Source: the human T2T-CHM13v2.0 reference genome, Homo sapiens
Strand: one strand, 5' to 3'
Assembly (NCBI RefSeq): GCF_009914755.1
Contig: NC_060943.1
Length of the DNA: 64,000 nt
The notes beneath the pieces were generated by a model that did no database searches, was not told the origin of the DNA, and saw nothing but the letters and a program-made list of their open reading frames with translations. Positions 1 to 30,003 of this stretch are shown here, piece by piece; the first letter of the stretch is position 1, and every line of letters starts with the position of its first letter. Made by a program: the position numbers and the translations under genes.

Positions 1-149
1 GAGGCAGTTCCCAGTTAGTTCCTCTGGGTCTCGAATGACCAGAACATTCTAACTCCAAGTCAAAAACACCCCACCCCCGTCCTAAGTATTTGCTACCACC
101 TTGTGGAGGACCTCGGTCCTCCCCAGCGGGTGGTGTGGAGGGCCCTCAC

Positions 150-378
150 CAGGATTTCCGTGATGTCTGCGTCATCCGGATCCCAGGGTAGGGTAGGGGA
201 GGCAGGGGGCCCAGCCAGTGTGAGTTGGCCGCTGAGGTCTTCCACTGTGGAGTCTGTCCCCGTGGAGTCAGTGGGCTCCATGGCGGCCAGGTTGAGCAGT
301 GACACGTTGGTGCAGGCCGAGGACCGTTTGAGGTTCAGGCACCAGTGCATGGGCTGATGGGACATCTGGGGCTCCACC
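150..378 (-). CDS. TSKS: TSKS coding exon 2 (testis-specific serine kinase substrate); gene continues off the left end of the window
   Basis: Minus-strand acceptor ttctctgcAG and donor GTGAGG; encodes (G)[31 protein letters not shown]...DITEIL in phase with exon 1. Confidence 0.93.
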
Positions 379-570
379 CTGCAGAGAAGAAACAGGCAGA
401 AAAGTGGAGAAGCAGCCCCAGGGTGTCTGGGCCCTCCGGCCTTCCTTTCTCCATACCTCACCCCCTGTGACTCCACCCTCACTGTATATAAGTTTCTCCC
501 TTCTCTGTCCCCGCTGCCTACTTTATTCTCCTTCCCTGTGCTGCCTACTTTCTTTCTTTTTTCTTTCTTT

Positions 571-868
571 CTTTTTTTTTTTTTTTGAGACAGAGTCTCA
601 CTCTGTTGCCCAGGCTGGAGTGCAGTGGCGCGATCTCAGCTCACTGCAACCTCCGACTGCGGGTCCCAGTTCAAGCAATTCTCCTGCCTCAGCCTCCTGA
701 GTAGCTGGGGTTATAGGCATGTGCCATCACGCCCAGCTAATTTTAGTATTTTTAGTAGAGATGGCTTTTCACCATGTTGGCCAAGCTGGTTTTGAACTCC
801 TGACCTCATGATCCACCTGCCTCGGCCTCCCAAAGTGCTGGGATTACAGGCGTGAGCCACCGTGCCCG
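571..868 (-). mobile_element. Alu SINE in TSKS intron 1
   Basis: Poly-T followed by gagacagagtctcactctgttgcccaggctggagtgcagtgg ... gtgagccaccgtgcccg. Confidence 0.95.
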
Positions 869-1222
869 ACCACCACTGTCTACTTTCTTCTTCTCCTTCC
901 CCGCTGCCTACTTTCTCCTCCCTTCTCTGCCACCTACTTTCTTCTTCATTCACTAGCCTCCCTTCTCCTTCTTCCCTCCCCACTGGCTTTTTCCTCTCTC
1001 CATCCATCCCCATTACCTTCTTCCTCCCTCCATCCATCCCCATTACCTTCTTCCTCTCTACCTCCCTGTGACTTGATGTCTCTTCACTGCTGCCCTCTTT
1101 CCTGCCCCCGACCTGCTGGCTTTTCCCCCTCCCCTTCCTCTAGCACCCACAGTCGGACTCCTGCTCTGTTGGAGGTAGTGCTGGGCATTAGAACCATCCC
1201 TGACAGTGTGCAACAAACCCAC

Positions 1223-1392
1223 CCGTGGAACGACACGGCCTTCTTTTTCTTCGGGATCCCCTTGGCCCGGCTGGTCACCCTCCGGGGAGCCTCTGGGACT
1301 AGCTGGGAGCAGCTCTCCACCCCCGTGGGGGTGTCCCCGGCCTCATGGATCTCTTTGGACTGCCAGATCGTCTTCACCACCACGCTCGCCAT
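1223..1392 (-). CDS. TSKS: TSKS coding exon 1
   Basis: accATGg start; MASVVVKTIWQSKEIHEAGDTPTG...KKKAVSFHG; donor GG|GTGGGT; 170 nt, phase 2 matches exon 2. Confidence 0.93.
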
Positions 1393-2049
1393 GGTGTGGG
1401 GGTCTGGCTCCCAGGGAGGGGCTCCTTCCTCTGAGACTTCCTACCTACTGTGACCACAGACCCTCAGGATCCACTGTCCCCTCAGCCTGCCTCACAAAGG
1501 ACCCAACCACTGGGCCCCAGTGAGTGGGGGGCACAGGGTAGGGAGAGATGCTGGCCCAGGTCATTCCCCTAGGGTTCTCAGTGGACTCCTCCTGTTCAGG
1601 ATTCTAGTTACATGCCCAATGTGCCCCCCGTCTTCAGAGCTCCAGTGGATGGATTCATGCTAGCCTGTAACTTAACAATGGGTCGGCCCACGGATTCTTG
1701 GGAGAGGTCCAACTTCCCTCTCCCTGAGACTAAGCGTGGGGTCACACAGCCCTGTGCACTTGTTCTTGATTCTTCATGTAGCTTCCTGGATTTGACAATT
1801 GGCTGGGGTTTGAGAGACTGTGGTCGAAGAGGGCTGAGATCCAGACCCTGACCTGGAGGGTCTCATATTCTATGGGGCGTCGGGGTCGGGGGAAAGGCAA
1901 TATACAGGTAGATCAACAAAAGAAAGCTAGGTGCGGTGGGCCTCGGGGTCAGGGTAGAAGGTGAGGGAGGAGAGGAAGGTAGAGAGTTGGGGCAGGACAG
2001 AGGGTGGTATCCCCCTCCCCCGTTTATTTATTTATTATTTTCTTTAATA

Positions 2050-2650
<601 letters not shown>

Positions 2651-2665
2651 CGCCCAAAGTATTTA

Positions 2666-2774
2666 AAAAATATATGGAACATGTCACAAATTTGCATGTG
2701 GTCTTTGCGCAGGGCCCATGCTAATCTTCTCTGTATCGTTCCAATGTTAATACATGTGCTGTCGAAGCGAGCAC
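2666..2774 (-). pseudogene. U6 snRNA processed pseudogene (full length, diverged)
   Basis: Reverse complement reads GTGCTCGCTTCGACAGCACATGTATTAACATTGGAACGATACAGAGAAGATTAGCATGGGCCCTGCGCAAAGACC...TTCCATAT; ACAGAGA box kept, multiple substitutions elsewhere, no correctly placed Pol III TATA upstream. Confidence 0.93.
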
Positions 2775-2956
2775 TGCCCTGCTATTTAGGGACAGACTTT
2801 TCCTGTTCTCTTCACACTTCTCAAAAAGACTAGTTCAAACATCACTGCTAATAGACATTTTAAATGCTGTTATCACCAGGGAGAAAGTACTTCTTCCTGG
2901 TCATGAATGGACTCCAGTTCTTGGAACGCTTAATCTTTCTATAATAAAGAACTCCT

Positions 2957-3573
<617 letters not shown>

Positions 3574-4519
3574 TTAATAATTTTTCTTGTGTTTAATGGG
3601 GCTGCTTTATGTTCTTCAGGGGCAAACAGCACCCCCCTCCCATATTAGAAATGGACTCTCCCTGTGACTAAAACAGCTGAGCAATTTCTGTCCTCCTGGA
3701 ATCCAAAATGGACTTTCCCAGGCCCCATTCCTGGAAACCCAAATGGACGCATCCATTGAGCCTGGAAGGTGGGCTCTTCTCAACCTCCTTTCCATCTCCC
3801 AGGATTCAGAATGGCCATTCCAAAGGTCCAGAACACACCCCCAAGGCTCATTCCAGGAATTCTTGGCTTCTGAGATTAGAAAAGGCTGATGGGGTGGAGT
3901 TTTGTTCCTACAGGTGACAGAAATGGACTCTTCCAGTTCCCTTTGTCCCAAATTTCTCAATCTCCTGGGGCGTTGGGAGTTCTGGCCGTTTTGCCTTCCC
4001 CAAAGCCAGTTTACCAAAGAGTCTCTGGGGAGCTGGGGGTTGGGGATGGAGGCTGGGGCTGGGCCAAAGCAGATTCACCTATTTCTTCTTTTAACAAATG
4101 TTGTTGAAACTGTTCAAGGCCAGGTCCCATTCTTGCCCAGAAGGAGTTCCCAGTCTGGAGGAGACAATCAATTTTGGTTTGATATCTGCTACAATGGAGG
4201 CTGCCCGAGAGACACTGTGGTTGGACAAAAAAAAAAAGGCAACATATATTGAAAAGTAAGCCAAGATACGGTTTACGTTTATTTCTGCTTTTTCACTTCC
4301 AAGCTGTGTGGCCCTGGGCAAGTCATTCGCCCTCTCGACCTAAGTTTTAACTTCTGCTTAATGGGACTAGCCTTGAATTACTGTTTTTCACTCTGAGATT
4401 CTAGGTCTCCTGACAACTCAAGTCCCGACACGTTGGCTGCAGAGAAGGGGGGAGGGGAGGAAGGCTTCCTAGAAGAGGATTTCAGCAGTCGGGGGTGACA
4501 GTGGAGGGAGAAAGGGAAC

Positions 4520-5460
4520 ACGGAGACGCTTGCGCAGTAAACACCGCACGCTCTCTTGCCTCGCCCAACCCCTTCTCTGCAGCAGGGAATTGCAGGCGTC
4601 GCTCCACCTATCCCAGCCGAGCGGAGTGACACCCTCCCCTCTTTCCTTCTCTACTGATCTTCGCCTTCCGCCCGCCCCACAGCCGCCCAATGGAGGGCTG
4701 AAGTAGGACAGATCTCGCCAATCCGCGACGCCTGCGGGGCAGGTCTACCCGTTCATTGGTCCCAGTCAACCTAAGTCCCGCCTCCTAGGACCGTTCCCCG
4801 CCTTCCTTCACGTCCCTCCCTTCCTCCTTGGAGAGCCGCTAGATCCAATCAGTGTTTGACCTGGCCGCGCGGAGGGGGCGGGCCCATGATACGCAATCGA
4901 ACCCCGCCCGTCTCTCGGGCAACGCCTCCTCCCCCCCCTCCCCAGCTCCCAAACGGAAATAGCGGAACACTGGGCCAATCGTAGCGTCGTGCCTTTGCTT
5001 GGCGGCCAATGAGAGAGGAAGTGGGGGAGAAACCCGCCTGTGAGCGGCAGGAGCTCAAGCCAGTGGGCGGCTCAGAGCTCCGGACCGCGGGCGGAGGGGA
5101 GGGGCAGGGGGCGGTGCCACGGCCTGCCAGCCCGCCCGCCCGCCCGCCAGCCAGCCCTCCCCGCGGCCGGCTCGGCTCCTTGGCGCTGCCTGGGGTCCTT
5201 TCCGCCCGGTCCCCGCTTGCCAGCCCCCGCTGCTCTGTGCCCTGTCCGGCCAGGCCTGGAGCCGACACCACCGCCATCATGCCGGCCGTGTCCAAGGGCG
5301 ATGGGATGCGGGGGCTCGCGGTGTTCATCTCCGACATCCGGAACTGTGAGCGCGCGGCCGGGGGACACTGGAGACGCGGGGGAGGGGGGAGCGTGAAATT
5401 GAGGGGTTTGGGGATCACAGAGGGACCCGGGGGATCAAAAGCCTCTGCGGCCGTATAGGG
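4520..5460 (+). promoter_or_regulatory. AP2A1: AP2A1 CpG-island, TATA-less promoter and 5' UTR
   Basis: High CpG density; CCAAT at 4687, 4718, 4845, 4975, 5006 and ATTGG at 4755; GC boxes near 4775 and 4876. Confidence 0.85.
5279..5345 (+). CDS. AP2A1: AP2A1 coding exon 1 (AP-2 complex subunit alpha-1, alpha-adaptin A)
   Basis: ATG then [22 protein letters not shown]; donor T|GTGAGC. Confidence 0.97.
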
Positions 5461-7051
5461 ACAGCATAGATGGGCCCCAGGAAGAACTTTAGAGTGGGGG
5501 GCACGTAGGGGCTTGGGGTGTCATAGAGTGCCTCTTGAGGTGACGACACGGAGTAGCTAGAGGGGTCCGGGAGGGCTTGAAAGGGGAGGAAGCCAGTGAG
5601 GTCCCGGGGATGGGAGCATAGAGGTGTCCCCTGGGAAAGACTGAAAAGCTGGGGGATCTTACAAACGATGGGGTTAGAGGGATTCCCAATGTAGAGAAGA
5701 AGTGAAAGAAGTGTATGGCGGGGGTGCCCTGTGGAGCGATGGAATGGGAAGAGGCCAGAGGGGACCTGGAGGAAGTGGAATGCCGGAAGCCTAATGAAGC
5801 AGGGCTTGAGGACCTGGGATAGGGGGTGTCATACAGGGGAAAGGGGTTAGATAGGTCACCGAGGCTCCTGGCCAGTGGTATAGAGGAGGCCTGAGAGTGG
5901 TTGAAAGTCCATGAGTTTGGGGCAGGGAGATGATGGGACGGGGAGACTATAAGGACACCCTGGTGAAGGATAGAGGGGCTTCAGGGTGGGAGATTGCTTA
6001 GAAGACATGGAAGGCAGTGTGGAGGGGGCTAGAGGGGCAGCTGAGGGGAAAGGAGGGACCCAAGGAACACAGAGGAAAAGAGCTGTCGGTGTAAGGTCTT
6101 GGGAGAACCTGTGACAGGGAACGGGGGGCCAGGAAAGAAGAGGACATTAGAGTAGGGGATTGGGGAAAGGGTAGAAGAAGGAGCGCCCAGACCTCAAGGA
6201 AGGCGTCGGGTTCTGAAGTGCTTGAGGGGTAGATATCTGGAAAGCTGGGAATAGGGGAAGTCTAATCCCAGAGAGAGGTCAGGGGTCAGGCAGCAGGACA
6301 GGCAGGGATCTGAGCCCTTTTCTATTTGACCACAGTAATATGGGGACGGTGGTCCCTGCCAGGAAGAGTTGTCGTGACGATGGGAATCCCGGCGGCAAGT
6401 CAGCTCTCAACTCCTGGGAATGGCTGTGGGTGATTGGAGCTGCCAGGAGTCTTCAGAGGCTGCATCCGCATGGGCTCTGGGGTCAGCCAGACTTGGGTTT
6501 GCGTTTGAGCACTGCCACTCCCTGGCTGTGTGACCTTGAATGAGGGACTTCACCTCTCGGTTTCCTCATCTGTCAAGAGAGACTGCTGATAGTATCTTCC
6601 TGAGGGGCTTGTGACAATGCCCCTCAGGCCTTTCACTCGTTCCAGGCCCCAGATGGAACTTGGCTATTGTTTTTACTCCGTTGGCTCTGAACAGCAGCCC
6701 TGTAAAGTACCCAGTGATGGTTGTTGTTTTAGAATTTAACTGTTATGGAAGGATCTGGCATGTAATAGGTGCTCAGGGAACAGGAGGGTGGAAACAGTTG
6801 AGTATCAGTTGGAGGAGAAATGATCACTTGTTATGATAAGGGGCGGGGCTATGGGGGTTGTGGAGGAGCTGGGAGCCACTGTTAGCAGACGGGGGCTGCC
6901 TCTGTTACCCACCAGGGATGTGACCCTCCACGAGTTGTTTAACCTCTTTCAGGACGTTTTCTTGTCTGCAAACTTCATTCATAACAGTGTCTTGCCTCTG
7001 AAGGCTCATTTATTCATTCATTCACTTGACAAATACTTTTTGATTGCTCTA

Positions 7052-11093
<4,042 letters not shown>

Positions 11094-12779
11094 TCAAGCA
11101 GGAGCGAGGGAAGAGAAGGGCGGAGGGATGCGGAGGAGGAGGTGGGGAGAGGCAGGGCTCAGAGAGCAGCAGAGGGAAGAGTGTGGAGCCAGCCAGCAGG
11201 AGGATCTGAAGGGCACAGTGGGGCTATGGGGAAGGGTCTAGAAGGTGAAAGGCAGGCTCTAAGGAGGGCAGGGAGGGCAAATTCTGCAGATAAGGAGGGG
11301 GAGAGGTTGAGGCTGGGCCCAGCCCGAGGGCGTGTTCTGTCCTGTCTGCAGCAGGAATACAGCAGAAGTATTATCTCACAGGGAGCAAGGGCTGGGGCTG
11401 CCTCCTATCTAGGCAGAGTCTGGCTGGAGTGGGCCTTAGGAGAGTTGGACGAGTGAGCCAATGGGAGCGGGGTGCTGGCTGCACACTGCCCTGAGCTCTT
11501 CCATCAGAGCACATCCCACTCCAAATGGTGATCCACTGCAGTGGTGACATCGAGCCCAGGCCCTGGGTCTCACTCCAGCTTTGTCCTCTGTAGGTTCTAG
11601 CCCATGGGAGGCCTCAGGAGATGATTGCCAGTTGAATGAATGAATGAATGATGGAACCAGTCTTTCTTGAGTTCCAGCTGGGTGCCAGGCACTGTTCTAG
11701 GTGATGGGGCTACAGCAGTGAGCAGAAGTTCCTGCCCTAGGGTGCTCACGTTCTAGAGAGGAGATGGTCCACTACACAGGTGAATATTTTGGGGGCCGGA
11801 CAGGTGGGAGTAGGTGTTGATGGAAAATGAGGCAAGGAAAGGGCTTGGGGATGGAGTTAAGGATGATGCTCTTATATAGGCTGGTCAGAGAGTGTCGCTG
11901 AAAAGGTGGCATTGGAGCAGAGAATCTAACTAAGTGGGGGAATGGTGCATGCATGACTCTGGAAGAGGGAGCTGCCTGTGCAAAGGCCCTGAGGCAGGAT
12001 TGTGCTTGTAGTGGAGCAGGGACTTAGGAGGAGGAGAGGGCAGCTCCTGCCTTGGAGAGAGAGGACAGGAGAACCGGCCAGAGAGGGAACAGGGTAGATG
12101 GTGCAGGCCCTTGTGGGCTGCAGTGAGAACTTTACTTTTACTTCGAACTTGCTGGGAGCCATGGAAGGGTTTGGAGGAGTGCTGGGGTCTGACTCAAGTT
12201 TTCACATGATCCCTCTGGCCTCTGTGAAGAGCACAGGAAGTCAAACAGATTTCAATTTGGTATCCCTTAAGAACGGGACAGATGCAGGCCTGAGCCCCAG
12301 CCCCACCCGTTTCCAGCTGGTTATTGTGTGATGGCTTTGGTCCACAAATCCGCATTCAACACCTCCCCTGTGCCAGGCTGCCCTGGGCCCTGGGAACACT
12401 GTGGGGACTGAAGCAGCCGTACATCCCTGGCCTCATGGCACTGGTGTTCCGATCCAGGAGGAAATGAACATGCAAACCCTTAATATGTAAGGAGGCAACT
12501 CAGGCAGGGTCTTGGTGGCCCAAATAGTTCGCCCTGCTGAGCAGGGGGGCTGACCAGGAGAATGAGAGGGTTTGATTTTGTTATTTACGAAGAATATATT
12601 TTCATCACCCAGGAATAGTGATGACCTTGAGAATATGAGTGGTGTAACCCAGCACCAAAATGCAAGCCATATATATGTTGAAATTTTCTTTTTTTTTTCT
12701 TTTTTTGAGACGGAGTCTTGCTCTGTCCACGCCCGGCATATGTTGAAATTTTCTTGCCACATTGCAAAAGCAAAACAGG

Positions 12780-17855
<5,076 letters not shown>

Positions 17856-19894
17856 CCTATAATTTTTACTGAAATATTTTACATTTTTTCTCCACACTGT
17901 CTTCTAAATCCCGTGTATGTTTGCTGTTGACAGCCCCTCTCAGTTTGGAATGGCCACATTTCAGGATCTCAGGAGCCACTGGCTGGCAACTGCTATATTG
18001 GATGGTGCAGCGCTAGGGTCCTCTTAGCACTGATCAGGAGGTGCTAATCAGAGGGGCTTCCTGGAGGAGGTGATACCTGAAGTGAGGCTTATGGGAGCTT
18101 CCATAGAAGTTGGGAGCAGGGACAAGACAGGATTTCTAGAGAGAAGGATGGCACATATACTTGCTTTCTCAGTCATTGACTCATTTGTTGAATGCACACC
18201 CCACCCTGCTGGGGACTACGCCCTGAAGGATGTGGGTCAGAGCAGATCTCTGCCCCTTCGATAACTAGACATTTATAGAGCACCTGCTGTATGCAGGGCA
18301 CTGCTCTAGGAGCTCCCTCCTGATGCTTACAGTCTGAAGTGGGAGGAAGTTCGACAGTGGAGAGAAATAAAATTGTGACATGGTGAAATGTACCAGAGAG
18401 GACTTCTTGAAAAATAACTCTTTAAGCAGAATAATAAAGAATTGACTTTAAGGAAGTGAAACGGAACGGCCTTTCAGGGGTGGCAGGAGCCGAGACCCAA
18501 ATGATGGGAAGATGACAGGGGAGGGGTGGCCCCAGGAAGAGGGCACAGCTTGTGTGAAGGCCCTTGAGGCAAGAGGATGTGCGTGTTCCCGGAGCAAAAT
18601 GGAGGCCAGGGGGCCTGGATGGACAGTAGGGGTCTGAGGGGTGACACCGGCAGGGTTGCTGTGACAGGGGCAGAGGACTTGATGGGCCGTGGAGTGGAGC
18701 ACCCCCAGCTGGCATCACAGAGCCCAGGATATGGAAACACGAGGGAGGCAAGAAGGCTGGAGGGGAGGCTGCTTCACTGACCTGAGCGAGCGAGCATGGG
18801 ATCTGGATGAAGTGGTCATCGTGGAGGTGCTCAAGACATGTTCTGAAGGTCAAGTTAGGAGGAGGTGGCTGGGCACAGTGGCTCATACCTGTAATCCCAG
18901 CATTTTGGGAGGCTGAGGTGGGAGGATCGCTGGATCCCAGGAGTTTAAGGTCACAGTGAGCTATGATTGCACCACTGCACTGCAGCCTGGGCGACAGTCT
19001 AAGACCCTGTCTCAAAAATTAAAAGGACGAGGCAGTAGCCCGATTGGCGTGAGGATGTCCAGGTTCTGTTTGGAGGAGAAGAGGGAACGGTAGAACCTGT
19101 CAAGGGAGGGATGAAGTCTGGGGTGAGTGGAACAGGGACAGGAGAAGCAGAGAGGGCAGCCGAGAGCATCCAGTCGGATTGTGCTCTGAAGGGGGTGCTG
19201 TAGGGCATTGAGGAGCATGGAGGAAGCAGAGACCTGGCCTGCAGGATCAGGGGAGGCTTTCTGTGCTTATTCCACAAGCAGGTCCTGTCAGAGGTGTAGG
19301 AATGTCCCAGACAAATTGGGGAGAGGTTGGCAGCCAGAGAACAGGAGGCAGTGGGGACAGGCCACGCGGGAGAGGACAAAGCCATGGCTGTGGGGACAAA
19401 GGGGGTGAGGACAGCACCCAAGGGTCTGACCTGGTGACTGGGTGGACAGTGGGACCTTCATGGGATTGAGAACTGGAAGAGGCAGTGAGCTCAGTGGTAG
19501 GGGTGAGCACCCTGCGGCCAGCCAAGCTCTTTATTCATTCATTCATTCATCACATGTTCATCGCATGTGGGGAGTGGGGACAGGAGCTCTCAGGGAGCGT
19601 GTCTGGGGCCCTGAGGAGCCCCACAAATCAGGGGCCACAGTGGTAGGAGGAAGGAGAGAGGAAGTCAGGGACAGCCCAAGGGTGTGTGCTCTGTGCTGTG
19701 GGGCTCAGCCAGCGGTGGTTCTTCCCTCTTTGAAACTCCCAGCCAGAGAAGGGGTCCTGGCCTGTCCTGAGCCCCAGGGCTTGGGGGCGGAGAAGATCTG
19801 CCCTTCCTGCTGGGTGGGGCCGCGCCTAGGAAAGAGAGGGCAGGTGGCTGACTCCCCAGACCCCTCACTGCCTACCCTCCTCCTCCTCTCCCAG

Positions 19895-19963
19895 GTAAGA
19901 GCAAAGAGGCGGAAATTAAGAGAATCAACAAGGAACTGGCCAACATCCGCTCCAAGTTCAAAG
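19895..19963 (+). CDS. AP2A1: AP2A1 exon 2
   Basis: cccAG|GTAAGAGC...; (C)KSKEAEIKRINKELANIRSKFK(G); donor G|GTAGGC; 69 nt. Confidence 0.96.
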
Positions 19964-20084
19964 GTAGGCTGGGGGCCCAACTTCTGGTTCTGAGGGAGGA
20001 GGGGGCTGGGAGCTGGGGCTCCTGTGACCTATCCTGTGACCCTTCCTTATTTCTGGCTCCCCTTTCCTCCTTCCTCTGCCCTAG

Positions 20085-20227
20085 GAGACAAAGCCTTGGA
20101 TGGCTACAGTAAGAAAAAATATGTGTGTAAACTGCTTTTCATCTTCCTGCTTGGCCATGACATTGACTTTGGGCACATGGAGGCTGTGAATCTGTTGAGT
20201 TCCAATAAATACACAGAGAAGCAAATA
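20085..20227 (+). CDS. AP2A1: AP2A1 exon 3
   Basis: [47 protein letters not shown]; AG/GT boundaries. Confidence 0.97.
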
Positions 20228-20249
20228 GTGAGTCTGGAGAGGGGGGTGC

Positions 20250-20622
20250 CAGGGCCTGGACTCCTGGGTCTGCGGGGGAGGGGGCTGGAGGTCTGGACTC
20301 CTGGATCTGGGGGAGGAGGGGGTCTAGGGGTCTGGACTCCTGGGTATGAGGGAGGAGGGGGTCTGGGGCTCTGGACTGCTGGGTCTGAGGGAGGAGGGGG
20401 CTGGGGGTCTGGACTCCCCATTCTGAGGGAGGAGGGCTGGAAGCCCAGACTCCTGGGTCTGAGGGTTGAATCTGGGGCCTGGACTCGTGGGTCTGAGGGA
20501 GGAGGGGCCTGGGGGCCTGGACTTGTGGGTCTGAGGGAGGAGGGGCCTGGGGGCCTGGACTCCTGGGTCTGAGGTTGAATCTGGGGCCTGGACTCCTGGG
20601 TCTGAGGGTTGGATCTGGGGCC
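20250..20622 (+). repeat. MSR1-type ~37-bp G-rich minisatellite filling AP2A1 intron 3
   Basis: About ten degenerate copies of ggcctggactcctgggtctgagggaggaggggctggg. Confidence 0.85.
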
Positions 20623-20668
20623 ACTCAGTCACAAGGCTCCTAGCCATCCACGACCTCCCTCCCCACAG

Positions 20669-20862
20669 GGTTACCTGTTCATTTCTGTGCTGGTGAACTC
20701 GAACTCGGAGCTGATCCGCCTCATCAACAACGCCATCAAGAATGACCTGGCCAGCCGCAACCCCACCTTCATGTGCCTGGCCCTGCACTGCATCGCCAAC
20801 GTGGGCAGCCGGGAGATGGGCGAGGCCTTTGCCGCTGACATCCCCCGCATCCTGGTGGCCGG
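20669..20862 (+). CDS. AP2A1: AP2A1 exon 4
   Basis: [65 protein letters not shown]; donor GG|GTAAGG. Confidence 0.97.
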
Positions 20863-21348
20863 GTAAGGCACTGGGGACCCGTTGGCAGTGGGGGGCCTGG
20901 GGGTGATGAGTCCCAGCCAAGTGTGAGGCTCAGAGAGGCTCTGTTGCCTGCCCAAGGTCTCCCAGCCGAGATGTGGGCTAACGCTGGGCTGGGGACCCAG
21001 TGGTTCCGGTGGCAGCCCCATACTTGTCTCTTCCCGTGATACGAAGCTGACTTGATGGTGTGAGGCTGCTCCCGGCAAAGCCAGTGGGGTGTTTCTGAAC
21101 TGCAGAATTCTAACACCTACGATAAGAGGCGTAACTGTGCTATGTGGGTGACGGCCCTCCAGAACTTCCTCATCTTCTCCATTCATTCACCAAACATTTA
21201 CTGAGCACATACTATGTGCCAGGCACTGTGCTGATTGCTGGGGATGTTGTATTGTCCAGAGATGGACACGGTCATTGCCCTCCTGTGTTCATGGTCTGGA
21301 GCAGGAGACAAATGGTGATGGAAGAATTGCAGGATGAAGTGTAGAATT

Positions 21349-29665
<8,317 letters not shown>

Positions 29666-30003
29666 TGACAGTATTTGATGTATGTGTTTTCGTGGTGCTG
29701 TCTGAAATGTAAGCCCTGTGAGGACAAGTGTTTGGACCACTTTATTCACCACTCTATCCATGGAGTGAACAGCAGTGCCTGGTACCCCATGGGCACCCAG
29801 TAGGTGCTTGGTGAATGAATGAAGGTGCAGAGCCAGGCTTGACATGTTCCTGAGCCCTGTGAGGTTACTGAGATGCAATCATTTTGCAGATGAAGACACT
29901 GAGTCCTGGTGGGCCGTGAGGTCAGCGCCAGACTGGATCCTGCGGCCGCCTGGCTGTCTGTCCCTCTCGCTGGCCTCGCACACCCTTCCTGGGAGGAACA
30001 GGA

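Noticed and set aside
2666-2774. Functional U6 snRNA gene
   Set aside because: Many substitutions in the stems and 3' half, no TATA at about -30 or recognisable PSE, and it sits among Alus
5009-5278. 90-codon in-frame N-terminal extension of AP2A1 from ATG 5009
   Set aside because: The ATG is part of a CCAAT box (ccaATG), so it probably lies upstream of the TSS; an open frame is expected in GC-rich sequence
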